64,000 bases of DNA, from positions 434,001-498,000 of the forward strand of contig OZ251234.1 in assembly GCA_965240325.2 (NCBI GenBank), given 5' to 3'. The notes beneath the pieces are model-generated. The model did no database searches. It was not told the origin of the DNA and saw nothing but the letters and a program-made list of their open reading frames with translations. Within the stretch, counting starts at the first letter, position 1; each line of letters starts with the position of its first letter. Positions 10,166 through 22,358 of the stretch are shown piece by piece. A program made the translations under genes and the position numbers. This stretch comes from Rebecca billardiae RCC1528. Taxonomy: Eukaryota; Protista; Haptophyta.

Positions 10166-10261
10166 GATCCCCGAGCGCCTCTTCGACGGAGAGAAGAGCT
10201 TCGCCGGCAGGAGGCCGGCGGGGAGGTAGCTTGTCACGCGGAGCCGAAGGCGCCGCGGAGT

Positions 10262-10575
10262 TGACGCGTGTGGATCCTCACAGGAGCCACACGAGTCAAC
10301 AGAGTGGGGAGGTGACCAAGTTTTGGCCCCCTCCTCGGGCGGAGCACGAGCGCGCCGCGCCGTTGGCGACGGCACGCGCCGCGCCGGTGCACCGGCGCGC
10401 GTAATAGCAGCGCGCTCCGTCGAGCACTCGCGACGAAGCAGCCGGCGCGCGGCGCAGCGGGCTGGCCGATGGCGGCGGCGGCCATGCATGAACCTCGGCC
10501 GCCATCGGGAAACCCGTGCTCACCGCCCGGACCACGATGACGATGCAAACCCATGGAACAGTGAGTGACAGAGCA
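10262..10575. repeat. A1 terminal repeat
   Basis: Matches 5850-6163. Confidence 0.92.
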
Positions 10576-10857
10576 CGACTGCGCTACGGAGTACGCGCGT
10601 ACGCGGGCGGCTACGACTACGAGTAGACAGAACTGAGTAGTGCGTAGTACAATTGCTGGTCGTCAATTGCCAACTGATATGGCATGACGACGCATATGTG
10701 CCATGCTGTCTGGCGCAATATGGCATCGCCCACCGCTATTATAATAGTAATACTACGACGCTTATTCGTCACAGTACGAGTTCAGACTATATAATATATA
10801 TATAATAAAATCAGACTTATTCAGACTGTTCAGTGCTGCAGTAGATGACGATGATGA

Positions 10858-10860
<3 letters not shown>

Positions 10861-10896
<36 letters not shown>

Positions 10897-10922
10897 GCGC
10901 GACGACTAAATAATTGATGACG

Positions 10923-10963
<41 letters not shown>
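10861..10963. repeat. (CT)n and (GA)n microsatellites in inverted arrangement
   Basis: CT run 10861-10892, GA run ~10927-10963. Confidence 0.85.
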
Positions 10964-10969
<6 letters not shown>

Positions 10970-11385
10970 CCGCGCTGCTGATGATATTATTCTGAGCAGC
11001 TAGCTCGTAGCAGTCGACGACACAGCATCTGTTGCTGAGGGGCGGCGTTGTCTGCCACGCGACGATGAATGATGACGCGTCGATCGTGAATGATGTGAAC
11101 GGTGGCGATGGACCGCGTGTCCGAGGTGCCATGCGGATCGGATATAGCGGCGGGTGATCGGCACGCAGCACGACATGGTTGGTGTTGGTGATGTCGAGCG
11201 CCATGCGCAGCGCGTGCGACGCGATCGCGCGCGCACGGCCAATGCGCATGCAGCGAGCGCTCGTGAGCGCGCGGTCATGGCACGTGCGACGTGGGCCACA
11301 CCCCTTCCTGGCTCGTGCCGCCCGCCAGAGGCCCTCGGCCGCCAGCCCGCACAGCGGCGCGGGCGCGACGCCCGGCGCACCGCGC

Positions 11386-13629
11386 TCACCCCGACAAGTC
11401 AACGTCGTCCGAATCAGCCGGGACTGGCCTCTCCATCGGCGCGGCCGCTGTCGCGCTGCCCTTGGGGCTCGCGTTGGGGGCGACGCGGTCCTCGTCAGCC
11501 TTGGGCGCGTTTGCCTTGATGAAGCCCTTGAGCGCGCCGTCCGCGTACCCCAGCTGCTTGTCCTCGTCGATGCAGAAGCACATGAAGATCGTGTCGATCG
11601 CCATCTCGAAGATGCCCATGAACATCGCGGCGATCAGGTACGCGGCGACGAGCACGATGAGGCACGGCAGCACGATCGACGTCTGCGAGAGGCGGAAGGC
11701 CGGCGCAAACGTGAGCACCATCCCGCAGATGCCCGCCGCGGCGAGCGCGACAAAGAGCTTGCCGAGGAAGAGGAAGATGTCGCCGATGGTCTGCACCATC
11801 GCCACGCCGCCGAGGTTGGAGAGGATGTACCCGAACGCGGTGCGCGCGGCGGGGCAGAAGGAGCTCGACTCCGCGACCACGATCACGTACCCGTTGCGCG
11901 AGATGAACTCCATGATCTTCTCAAAGCAGCGCAGGCAGCAGTCGATGCAGCACCAGATGCACTTGACCAGCTTGCCGATGCACGGGTTGTCCACGGTGAA
12001 GTACCTCTTGAGGAAGTGCATCATGTACCGGATGTACCGGATGATCGCGACGATCAGCGAGCCGAAGACGGCCGAGCCCGGGTGGTACCACAGCACGCGC
12101 TTGGCCGCGCTCAGGACGGGCGTCGCGCCAATGTCCTTGCCGTCGTCCGACGGCTTGGCGAAGTACCAGTTGGCGACCGCGGCGGCGATCACCATCCAGC
12201 CCAGGTGGTTGAGGAAGACGGACGTCCACACATACCCGAAGAAGTGGTACGCGAGCATCCCCTTCATCGTGTTGTCGTACTGGATCTGCGCGTACCCGTT
12301 GCCGTCCAGCTTGAGCTCGCCCGTGGAAGCAATGTAGAAGGCGCCGATGATCATGTAGATCAGCAGCCCGAACGTGATCAGCGCGGGGAAGAGCGGCACG
12401 ATCAGCATCCCCGGCATGTCCTTCATCGCCTTGGCCGCCTCGATGATCACGCCCACCGCGAGGAAGATCTTGCGCCACAAGCAGCAGATCGTCACCATGT
12501 ACGCGACGAAGCACACGGCCGCGAAGACAAAGAAGCCAAACGTGAAGTCGGCGATCGTCGTGAACGCGTCGTCGTTCTGGTACAGCGGGTCCGCGCGCAG
12601 CTCCTCCTGCTTGTTGTACAGCGTGTATGTCGTGACGGCGAGGGCGACGAAGACGCCGACGATGGTGATGGCGACCATCGGCCTGATGAAGAGGCGCACC
12701 AGGTACGTCCACACGAAGCCGAGCAGCACCGCGCCGCCGATGCAGCCGACCATCACCCAGCGCGCGGCGTACGCGTCCGCCATCACGCGCATCGTGATCG
12801 AGCCGCCGTCGCCGAAGAAGGACTTGGCGGCGTCGTTGATGAAGTCGAGGCTGTACGCGGCGCCGAACGCCGCCTTCACCTTGCCCTTGTTCTGCGCGAT
12901 CCAGTTCGGGTCGGGGAAGCAGAAGGACGTGCCCACCTTGGTGGTGGGGTAGACGGGGTAGCAGACCGAGCACTCCTCCGCGTCCGGGTCGGCCGTGTCT
13001 GGGCACTCGCCCTTGGTCTTGATCATGAAGAAGGACTTGAGGTACTTGTACTGCGCCTCCACCTCCTTCTTCTTGTTCTCGCCCAGCGCCTTCACCTCCG
13101 ACACGAACTTGTCGATGTCGTCCTTCGAGAAGGACTCGATCTGCGGCCAGTCGCCGTCGGTGAGGTCCTTGGGCCGGTTCTCCTTGGCGTAGTAGTAGCC
13201 CGTGCACACCCAGTCCTGCGGCTTGTACTGCATGCTCGTGCCGCCCTCGTTGGGGCACTCGTCCATGCACACGCCCACGTACTTCGCGCTGAACCGCTTC
13301 GGCCCCGGCCCCAGCACGATGAAGAGCGGCGCCGCCGAGTGGTCGCGGCCGCCGAGCAGGAGCTCCTTTGACACGGAGCCGTCGGCGTTCGTGACGGTCT
13401 GGCTGAGCGTGTCGACGCCACGAGCCGCGGCGGAGTTGTCGCGGTTGCACTGGTCGAACTTGTAGTCCAGTGCGTAGATCAGACGGTCCGGATCGCCGCG
13501 CGTGAAACCGTTGTGCACGAGCGCGATCATCCCGGCCCAGAACCCGACAAAGAGTAGCAGGCAAAGCACGTCCGTGCACTTCCGGCTCTTGCCCGGGCTG
13601 ACGGCCTCGATCGCATTGTCATCTGACAT
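11386..13629 (-). CDS. choline transporter-like protein (CTL/SLC44 family)
   Basis: RKCTDVLCLLLF, GDPDRL, YHPGSAVFGSLI, FISRNGY, SFCPAA, AIDTIFMCFCID; ~10 TM segments; intronless 747 aa. Confidence 0.93.
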   Translation of the reverse strand: MSDDNAIEAVSPGKSRKCTDVLCLLLFVGFWAGMIALVHNGFTRGDPDRLIYALDYKFDQCNRDNSAAARGVDTLSQTVTNADGSVSKELLLGGRDHSAAPLFIVLGPGPKRFSAKYVGVCMDECPNEGGTSMQYKPQDWVCTGYYYAKENRPKDLTDGDWPQIESFSKDDIDKFVSEVKALGENKKKEVEAQYKYLKSFFMIKTKGECPDTADPDAEECSVCYPVYPTTKVGTSFCFPDPNWIAQNKGKVKAAFGAAYSLDFINDAAKSFFGDGGSITMRVMADAYAARWVMVGCIGGAVLLGFVWTYLVRLFIRPMVAITIVGVFVALAVTTYTLYNKQEELRADPLYQNDDAFTTIADFTFGFFVFAAVCFVAYMVTICCLWRKIFLAVGVIIEAAKAMKDMPGMLIVPLFPALITFGLLIYMIIGAFYIASTGELKLDGNGYAQIQYDNTMKGMLAYHFFGYVWTSVFLNHLGWMVIAAAVANWYFAKPSDDGKDIGATPVLSAAKRVLWYHPGSAVFGSLIVAIIRYIRYMMHFLKRYFTVDNPCIGKLVKCIWCCIDCCLRCFEKIMEFISRNGYVIVVAESSSFCPAARTAFGYILSNLGGVAMVQTIGDIFLFLGKLFVALAAAGICGMVLTFAPAFRLSQTSIVLPCLIVLVAAYLIAAMFMGIFEMAIDTIFMCFCIDEDKQLGYADGALKGFIKANAPKADEDRVAPNASPKGSATAAAPMERPVPADSDDVDLSG

Positions 13630-13947
13630 CGCGAACGGCAGCTACACGCCCTTCTCGCGCTGCGCGAGCCCCGAGCCGGATCTCCCGCCGCTGTGCGGTG
13701 CGCGCGCGCGAGCGGCGCCCTCCTGGCGGTTGGGTACAACAGCCCAAAGCCCAAAATGGGGGCAGCAAGTCGGCCGCGCTGTCGTCGCCGGGCGGTCACT
13801 CATGAACACGGGCGGCGCGTAACGGTAACCGAACGCTGTGCATGTTGGAGCCGAGATCCAGTGCGAGATCGCTTGGCACGCCTCTTCCTGCTTGTTCAAC
13901 TGGGCGCGACCACCGCCCTGCCGGCCCGCGGCGGCCTAGGCGGAGGC

Positions 13948-15602
13948 ATGAGTGCCGAGGCGGCGTCGCCCCAGCGGCCGCTCTCGGCCCGGAGGCCAGG
14001 CAGGATCGAGATCCCGTCGCACGCTCATCTCGACGGCAGTGCAGACACACCGCGGCAGATACTGGCCAAGCGCATGGCCGCTCTCGCCCTCGAGCGCGCG
14101 GCCAGCGCAGGCGAGGGCGATGCCAAGCGGCTGGCGCGAGCATCGATCGAGCCGAGAGCCAGCTCGGAGTTGCACGAGCAGGGACAGGACGACCGCCCGC
14201 AGCGCGCTTCCGACTCGGCCGCGGGCCCTGGTCACGCGGACGCGTCGCGCGCTCGCAGCTCTTCGGACGCGCCCCGACCAGCCCAGCACGCGGCCTCGGC
14301 GGCGCTGGACGCGCACGGCGGCGCGCCGCTGTCGCCCCTCGCGCGCTTGAGACTGCGTGGCTCGGCCGCCTTCGAAACCATCCGCCGCGCGCTCTCGCCG
14401 CTGCCGTACGAGGAGAAGCTCGTGTGGAGCGACGAGTTTGAGTACACCGGTCTGCCGGACGAGGAGAGATGGTCGTACCAGACGGAGGCCAACCGCTGGA
14501 CGTCGCGCCCCGAGAACAAGGAGGAGCAGTGGTACACGGCGAAGCGCGAGAAGAACGCGTACGTGAGCGACGGCACGCTCAAGATCACCGCGCGCGTCGA
14601 GAACTACGCCGGCTGCCGGTACACCTCTGCGCGGCTGATCACGCGGCACAAGGGCGACTTCCTCTACGGCCGGGTGGAGGTGAGCGCCAAGCTGCCCGCG
14701 GCGGCGCGGGGCGTGTGGCCGGCGATCTGGATGCTGCCGACGGACAACGCGTACGGCGTGTGGCCCGACAGCGGGGAGATCGACATCGTCGAGAACGTCG
14801 GGTGCGTGCCGGCGGCCGCCGTCGCTCGCGCGCATGCGCGGTGCGCGCCCGCGCCGCAGAGCCGTCCCCTTCACCTCGCGCTCGCGTTATGTGTGACCAC
14901 CCGGGCCGCTGCGCCTGCCGGCGCCCCTCCGCGCCGCACGCCGCCAGGTATGCCGAGGGCATGCTGCACTCGAGCGTGCACACGGGGCGGCACAACCACC
15001 GCACGGGCACGCACGTGACCGCCAGCACGACGCGCAAGACGGCGCACAGCCGCTTCCACACGTACTCGCTCGAGTGGACGCCCACCAAGCTCTCCATGTT
15101 CGTGGACAAGCAGTGCGCGCGGCGCAGCGCGGCGCGGCCCTCGCCCGGCGCGCGTGCGCAGGGCGCGCGTGCGCGGGCGGGCCCACCCGACCACCTCGCC
15201 GCGCCCCGCGCACCACCCTCCCGCAGGTGCGTGATCACGTACGCGCGCAAGGACGAGCGCGCGCACGACCCGCAGGCGTGGCCGTTTGACAAGCCCTTCT
15301 TCATCGTGCTCAACGTGGCCGTGGGCGGGAACTGGGGCGGCAAGCACGGCATCGACGAGAGCGTGTTCCCCGTGACGATGGAGGTGGCGTACGTGCGTGT
15401 ATACCAGCGGGTCGACCGCGCAGCTGCGGCGAGGCAGCCTTGGCCCGAGCCCGGCGTCACCACACCTCGCGCGGCTGCTGCCGGTGGCGGTGCCGCCAAC
15501 AACGGCATCAGTGCTGCAGCCAAGCAGCATCAGCGATGGGCCCCGGAGCCATTACCACGCGCGACCACCCCCGCCATCACCCGGAATGGTGAAAGAGTAT
15601 GA
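13948..15602 (+). CDS. glycoside hydrolase family 16 (laminarinase-like beta-1,3-glucanase); exons 13948-14801, 14948-15112, 15227-15602
   Basis: WSDEF, YTSARL, YGRVEV, WPAIWMLP, catalytic EIDIVE, WPFDKPFFIVLNVAVGGNWGG; two GT-AG introns restore ENVGY and DKQCV. Confidence 0.9.
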
Positions 15603-16248
15603 TCTGCTATAAGTGCTATCGTCGCCGATTATCGCGCGATGAATACCCGTCGCGTCTGAATATATCTATATCTATCTATCTATCTATATCTATCTATCTA
15701 TATACTCCAGCAGATGATGCATATATGGGCGAGATTCCGCGATGACGATCGACGACGACGAGATTATTATTCGAGCATTTAGTGGCGGAGCTAAGATCGA
15801 CGCGGTCGACGGACAGGCTAAGGCTTGATTCGGTCTGCGTTCGGACGGACTGCTCAACCGGGCGCTCGGCGTCGCGTCATCGTCGCGAATAACAGTAATA
15901 ATTAATGTCAGTATGGTCATCGTCGTCATACGCATAGTGTCACTACTAATCTGAATTAAGATCGAGGATCAGAATCGTAGTCTATAGTTTAACTGGCAGT
16001 CTGGCACTCATCTGCGGCCGTCCGTAGGCTAAGGACGCGGGCTGCCGTCAGCATTACTAATAATCAGTCTCAGAATATTCTGTTTCTGATGACTCCATGA
16101 CCGGATCTGATTCTGTCGTCAATCTCTGTCTCTGCGGAGTCTGAGTGAGACTCTGAGACTGAGACAGACAGTGTGAGACAGCGGCAGCGCGGGACAGCCT
16201 GCCACTTAGCCTTAGGAATAGGACGAGTAACTTAGCCAACTACTTAGG

Positions 16249-16492
16249 TGGCTCCGGCTCCGGTCCACCCCCCCCCAGCTCCGTTACGTCTTGGCCCTGA
16301 GCCGAAGTCAACCAAGCGGACCATGCAGCAGAGTCCCTTCCGAGTTCCGGGCCCCCGATTGATGACTTCAACGAGAAATGTCGCATCCGACCACCTCCCA
16401 ATAGGTTCAGACTCTATTTCTACTATGTAATTACCCGTCCCTCACTCAGATTTCAGCAGCACAATCCGGGAGCGTTCCGGACACCTGTATAC

Positions 16493-16526
<34 letters not shown>

Positions 16527-18735
16527 GCGAAAATTATGGTACTCGGACGGGGTATTTAGGCATAGAAAATAGAGTCTGAACCTATTGGAGGTGTGGCTGA
16601 TGTCTGATGATAGCCTGGTCCAAACGCACTGGAGCACTTTCGGGGATTTTATCGCCAAATGAACGCGGGCCCCTAGGCACGCGCTCACACCCGGAAACAG
16701 CGTAACAAATGGGCCCAGCCCGGGCGCAGCAAAAGTTTCGGCCTAAAAATCGCATCCGTGGCCCGTCGTGAGCGTGCGCGCGCGCGCCGCGGACAACTAC
16801 GGACACATAGAGAATCGTCAGTCCGAATGTGGGTAAGTACTTAGCCGAAATGAGCCCAAACGCACGAACTTACTTATTGGCGTACGTCGAGGCGAGCATG
16901 AACCCTGGTACAGGCCATTAGGATGGGCTGTGGTCTGTGCGCAAGTGGCCGTACTCAACTACTGCAAGATCGACTATATTACCCATTTATACCCGCATAT
17001 TATGGGAAATGTACCCGCATAAGTATGAGTTCTGGACCTGTATAATTAAAATGCCACTATGTCGTTACATATTCGCCATAGGTGGGTAGCTGTCCCAGGC
17101 TGCACGATTAGTGCGGCGCTCGGGGTGCAGTGGTCGGACGAGGCTCCGCCTGGCCTTCCGCGCACTCCTGCAGACAAGAAGAGGGCCGGACTCCCACCCG
17201 GCCAGGCGTGCGGCAGTCGGTCAGGTGCTGGACCTGGTCTGGAGACCATCTCCTGCGTGGCGACTGGCCGATCTGCGGCACAACGCGCGCCGCCGTGAGC
17301 CACACGGCAGGTTCGCAACGGATCCGGATCGCGTGTCCATGGCGGCGTGCATCGAGTCATTCAAGCTGTCAAGTCGCGTGCCACGCCCGCCCTTTCACTT
17401 GGGGCATCCGTACTGCCTACAACGACGACATGTGCGTCCTTAGACGAGGCATAATCGCGGTTCTAGCTGCTCGTCCAAGGGTCAGATCGCACGTCCTTGC
17501 TCGCCCGACAGCCTCAACGGCGGACTGATGTGATCCGCGGGTGACGATGCGACCGCTTCGAGTGCGCCTACGGCCACCACCGGGGTGGGGATCGTTCATG
17601 GGCACCCTCCGCGTGCCATGACATGCTCTGGCCGTGCGTGGTGACTTGACCCACCGCACGTAAACGGGGAAGACACCCGAGCACGTGCTTCCGAGCCACC
17701 CGAATGGCACAATGTGCCACCCATGGACACCAAACACGTGCCAAAGCGCGAGCCTTGCGTGCTGGAGTAGCCGCACGACACCAAGGAAGACGTATGAGCG
17801 CTCTCAACCATCTTCAAGCGACGACTCCGTCGACTCTGCCTCGCAGACCGCGGTACGATCCTCGACCTTGTGCTCGCAGCAAAGGCCATGACGGTAAAGC
17901 AGCACCCAGGCGATGGGAGTCAGCCGGCAGCCACTACACTGCGACTGTACACACCCCGCCCCGCAAGGCGAGCCATCCTGCTCGCCACCAGCCCGTCATA
18001 CAGCTCCACGAGGAGCACAAATCGACAGCCGCCGCTCAGGACGGCCCATGCGCAAACGTGACGGGACTGGCCGGATGAAGCGTTGGCGATGCGCAGCGCG
18101 CCCAACGCTGGTGGTGGCATCGAGTACATGCTAGGGGTAGGCGGTGGCCCACACGAGCCGTCGCGTGGCCCGCATATTACCCGAGGTGGCCCGTCTCGAA
18201 GGCGCCGCGCAACCCAGCAGGTGAGCGTTCGACGCGCGCCGTCAGGCGAGAAGTCGACCTGGCGACGGACCGCGGGCGGCGGAAGCAACGCAGACATGTC
18301 GCTCAAGGTGTGCACGCACACCGCCGGGGCACCCGAACGATGTGTCCAGCACTACACCTGACATGAGGCGGCGCAGTCGTCCAGTCGAGGCTCTCGAGCC
18401 CCTTCCCGACCTTCGTCGCGGCGAGCCGTCGGACGGCCGGTGGCGATTTTTGACGAGCGCGACGAGCGACGAGAAAAATCGGGAGAAATCAGGCGCCCAA
18501 AATCCGAAAAGGCTTTTTCACTGGCGAAAATCGGGATGGACCAGGCTACTGATGATCCATCGGCACCTGGCCGTAATGTCGTCCAAGGGACCGCCTGGGG
18601 AGTGGGGTGGTCTAGAGGAGCTATCGTAGATCATCAGAGGCGGCGATCCCGCCCGGACTGCAGTGTCAATCAAGATGTTTCAAGTAACGCTCCAGTGACC
18701 GGACTGGGGGGGGGGGTGGACCGAAGCCGGAGCCA
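16249..18735. mobile_element. degenerate TIR DNA transposon / composite
   Basis: TGGCTCCGGCTCCGGTCCACCCCCCCCCAG at 16249 is the inverted match of ~18704-18735; internal inverted repeats; no intact ORF, no TSD found. Confidence 0.55.
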
Positions 18736-18815
18736 GGGGCAGGTGGCATGCAGCGGACTGGAGTCACACCGCGGGGCTGCGTCCGCGCTGAGCCTGAGAG
18801 CACATTAATTTACAA

Positions 18816-18858
<43 letters not shown>

Positions 18859-19466
18859 AAGAGTAGCAGCTATACAGGCCGCGCGGTAGTACCGACCGAG
18901 TACTACATAGTACATACAGGCTCACAGCATCAGTGCTCGGAAATACGGAATGCTGCGCGCCCGACGGGCCGAGCGGCGAGCCCCGACCCGGCGAGTACTG
19001 TGGCTCGGCCTAACTAGTAACTCGGATGCCCTGTTGGCTGTAACTTAGGCATCACTCCGCCGAGTGTCGTCACACTCACAGGCTCCGTCGCCGACCGTGG
19101 ACGGTCTGGACCGCGGAGTCGGTGACTCGCAGGCGGCTCCGTCCCGGCGGTCCCGGAGACTGTGCGGGCAGAAATGCCCGCCTGCTCCGAGAGTGCCCGG
19201 TTTGACCTAGTCTCTGACAGTCTCGGAGACTGACTGAAATTACCGAGACCGTTGGTCGCTCATCCGGCCGTCTGCCTGCCGGGCCGGTCAGCCGTCAGGG
19301 CCGCGCGGGCGGGCGGGCAATGCTGAATGCAACCACGACTCGTCTTGCCCATGATGTCCGTGGTCACGCCGCATCGCTCCTGAAAGCAGTGGCACCTGGG
19401 TGTATGCAAGGTTGACTGCTCGGCAGCGAGTAGACTGCCACCCAGCTCGAGCTCTTTCGAGTGGCC

Positions 19467-19836
19467 TCACAACTCGAGGCGAGCTGGGAGCTTGCCGCTG
19501 GCGATATCGTCTTCAACGCTCGTTGGTACCGGCAGGCCGGCCTCGATGCGTCTCTTGCGCTCGGCGTACATGGTGTTGATGCGGTGGATCTGCGCGGCAG
19601 CGCACGGCAACATCGCGGTGTTCGAAGTCACAGCAGTGCGCATGTGTGGGGTGCATGGACAGGCAGGCGCGTACGCAGGTGCACACCTGGCGATTGCTGT
19701 GCAGGCACTCGACGTAGTCCTCTCGCTTGGCCTGGCAAGCGCCCGGGTCGTCAGCAGTTGTGACACAGTTGGCAAAGTTCATCCACAGCTCATGGCACCG
19801 CCCGACGGATGTCTCAGTGCCCCAGCGGCAAGCCAT
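19467..19836 (-). CDS. NDUFS5: NADH:ubiquinone oxidoreductase 15-kDa subunit (twin CX9C); exons 19836-19687, 19589-19467
   Basis: GRCHELWMNFANC...CQAKREDYVECLH twin CX9C motif; GT-AG intron 19686-19590. Confidence 0.8.
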
Positions 19837-20613
19837 GATCGCACCTGCACCTGTAGAGCGCCGGAGCAACGAATCGGACAACAAGGGCACGGAGCGCGAG
19901 GGTGATGTGCCGAAGGCAGGTGGAGCCGGCAGAGCGGCACGCCCAAGCACACCGCCTTTCAGCCACACGAGGCGAGGCGAGTGAAGTGCGGAAGCGCTTC
20001 CGCAAGCGTGCGACGCACCCAGCGACGAGGCGAGCCCTACGGCGAGCCTCGACCTGCTTCGCGCAGATCGATCGATGGTGGCTCGGCTCGCTCGCTCGGC
20101 GAGTCGGCGCCCCCCCCCCCACATTTTTTTTCAGCTGGCGGATGGGAAAAAATGGTGTGCCAGAAAAGAAGGAGGCTCCCCGGCTGCTGCATCGACAGAT
20201 TCTGCGAGCACTGAGTCTGTCGAGGCCGCCTGGTGCCAGCGGCCTGGCGCCTGGATGATACTCTCATACTGTATGACTGTAATGACAGTACTGTAGTATG
20301 TCCGTCCCTCGTCAACGGCCCGTGTTCATCAGTAGCATGTACAGACAAAACTCTGAGCGTACGTAGTTAGCCGCGTAGTCAAGTGAGTCAACCCGTCAGG
20401 CAGCCAGTGTCGGACGAGCGAGTGATGCGCGCGCTCGGTAGTGGGCCTGACTGGGAGCATCGTTCACGCCGAGCAGCGGCCGCACGGCCACTGTCCGGCC
20501 CGGCCGGTGCCGGCCTGCTGGCAGACATTCGGCCTGACTGTCGCGGCCAGCTGGCGCGGCTCGAGATCTGCCGACTCGGACGAACCCGGCGGGCCCCGTC
20601 GCGAGCTTTTCCT

Positions 20614-21111
20614 TCACTGCGTCGACCTGAGGAAGTCCTCGTTACCCTGCAGCTTGTCCTCGTTCCGGTTCATGACGGGGTCGTCGTAGCGAATGTCGGG
20701 GCGAGGCGTGTCCAGGCCGCCGCTCAGACCGACGTAGATGTAGAAACAGAGGATGAGGCTGGTAACAGCTAGGGCGCCGAGCAAGCCAGCCTCGTTGCCC
20801 CAGGTGTTCACAAGATTCTCCTCGCGCTCATTCATCGTTTCGACGAAGTCTTTCTTCTCCTCTTGCAGTCGCTCACGCGAACTCGCCACGCGGTAGGTCG
20901 GCTCCTCATCTGGCGTCGTCGTCACGTTGCCCGCTGACGCCGTCAGATTGCGCAAGGCCGCGTCCCAGTCGCGTGCGGGCTCATCTGGACCAGGGTCCGA
21001 GGCGATGATCACCGCTCTCCGCACGACAACTCGGCTGGAACGGCAAAGAAGGGGCCGACTGAAGCCATCAACGGCGAGCAGGCATCCCAGCGCGAGGCCG
21101 ACGCACGCCAT
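20614..21111 (-). CDS. small single-TM protein, probably plastid-targeted
   Basis: Signal peptide ending VDG-F, Arg/Ser-rich transit-like stretch, one TM near the C-terminus. Confidence 0.65.
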   Translation of the reverse strand: MACVGLALGCLLAVDGFSRPLLCRSSRVVVRRAVIIASDPGPDEPARDWDAALRNLTASAGNVTTTPDEEPTYRVASSRERLQEEKKDFVETMNEREENLVNTWGNEAGLLGALAVTSLILCFYIYVGLSGGLDTPRPDIRYDDPVMNRNEDKLQGNEDFLRSTQ

Positions 21112-21297
21112 TGTGCTCGGCTCCGGCTCGCTGAGTCGCTGGAAGCAGAACGGGAAGCAGAACCCGCAGCACACCCGGACTTTCTTGCGGCAGCCGCTCC
21201 TCACGAGGCACGGCCCAGCGAGGCGCAGCGACGAGGCGGCGCTGCTCGGCGTTCTCGGCACGCCGACGACGCGTGAGGCCGGGGGGTGGTCGACGCG

Positions 21298-22358
21298 ATG
21301 CGCCTCACAGTGGACCTCATTTCGCGTAGACCGCAGTTCATCAACCCCATCAAAGATCGGGAGCTCGACCTGCGGGGTGCGCTGCGCACATGCCGCGGCG
21401 CGCACACGAGTGTTGCGCATGCCATGCTCACGCACGCGCGCGCATGGGCGGCGGGCTGTGCGGGCGCGACGTTCGCGCGGTCGCAGGCCAGCGCATCCCC
21501 GTGATCGAGAACCTCTCCGCGACGCAGGACCAGTTCGACACCATCGACCTGTCCGACAACGACCTGAAGAAGGTCGAGAGCGCGACCACGCTCAGGCGGC
21601 TCAAGATGTTGCTCGCGTCGAACAACCGGATCAGCCGCCTCGCAGAGGACTTGGGCGCGCACTTCCCAAACCTGGAGTTTTTCGTGCTCATGAACAACGA
21701 CTTCTCCAGCCTGCAGGAGCTCGACCCGCTCGCCTCGCTCACGAAGCTGCGATGTCTCACCCTGGTGGACAACGCGGTCACAAAGCAACCTGGGTACCGG
21801 CTGTATGTGCTGCACCTCTTGCCCAAGCTGCGGGTGCTCGACTTCCAGAAAGTGAAGGCGAAGGCGCGCGCCAGCGCGCCCCGCGGCCTCAGCGCGCCGC
21901 ACGCGCGCCGCGCGCGCGCCGCGTCCCCGCCGCCCACCGCGCTCAGTGCTCCTCTCCCGCGCCGGCGCTGCGCCGCGCGTGCTCGGGCACTCGCCGCGCG
22001 TCGCCCGCAGGAGGTGGAGGCGGCGCGCGAGCAGTTTGGGAGCGTGGCCGATCGGGCCGCCTCAAAGGGCAAGGGCAGCGCGGCCGCGGGGGCGAAGCGC
22101 GCACGCGATGCCGACGACGGCGCGCCCGCTGCTGACGGGTCTGCGCCGCCGCCTCCGCCCAAGGAGGCGCGGGTGGGCGGCTTGCCCGAGCATCTCGTTG
22201 TCGCCGCGCGCGAGGCGCTGGCGGATGCGACGAGTCTCGACGCGGTCGTGCGTCTCGAGCGCGCGCTCAAGAGTGGAGACCCAGACGTGCTGCGGGCAGA
22301 GCTGGTGCGGCAGGGAGCGATGAGCGAAGCGCCCGCAGCCGACGGTGGTGGCGAATGA
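21298..22358 (+). CDS. SNRPA1: U2 snRNP A' protein; exons 21298-21376, 21487-21863, 22011-22358
   Basis: MRLTVDLI...DRELDLRG-QRIPVIENL..TQDQFDTIDLSDN, LRRs, YRLYVLHLLPKLRVLDFQKVK; one GT-AG and one probable GC-AG intron. Confidence 0.9.

Larger units (their letters stand above)
5692..10575 (-). mobile_element. PAT/DIRS-type tyrosine-recombinase retrotransposon with split direct repeats, apparently intact
   Basis: A repeats (314 bp) at 10262-10575 and 5850-6163; B repeats (36 bp) at 6163-6198 and 5692-5727; order on minus strand A1-ORFs-B1-A2-spacer-B2; RT/RNase H/MT and YR ORFs; no TSD. Confidence 0.93.
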
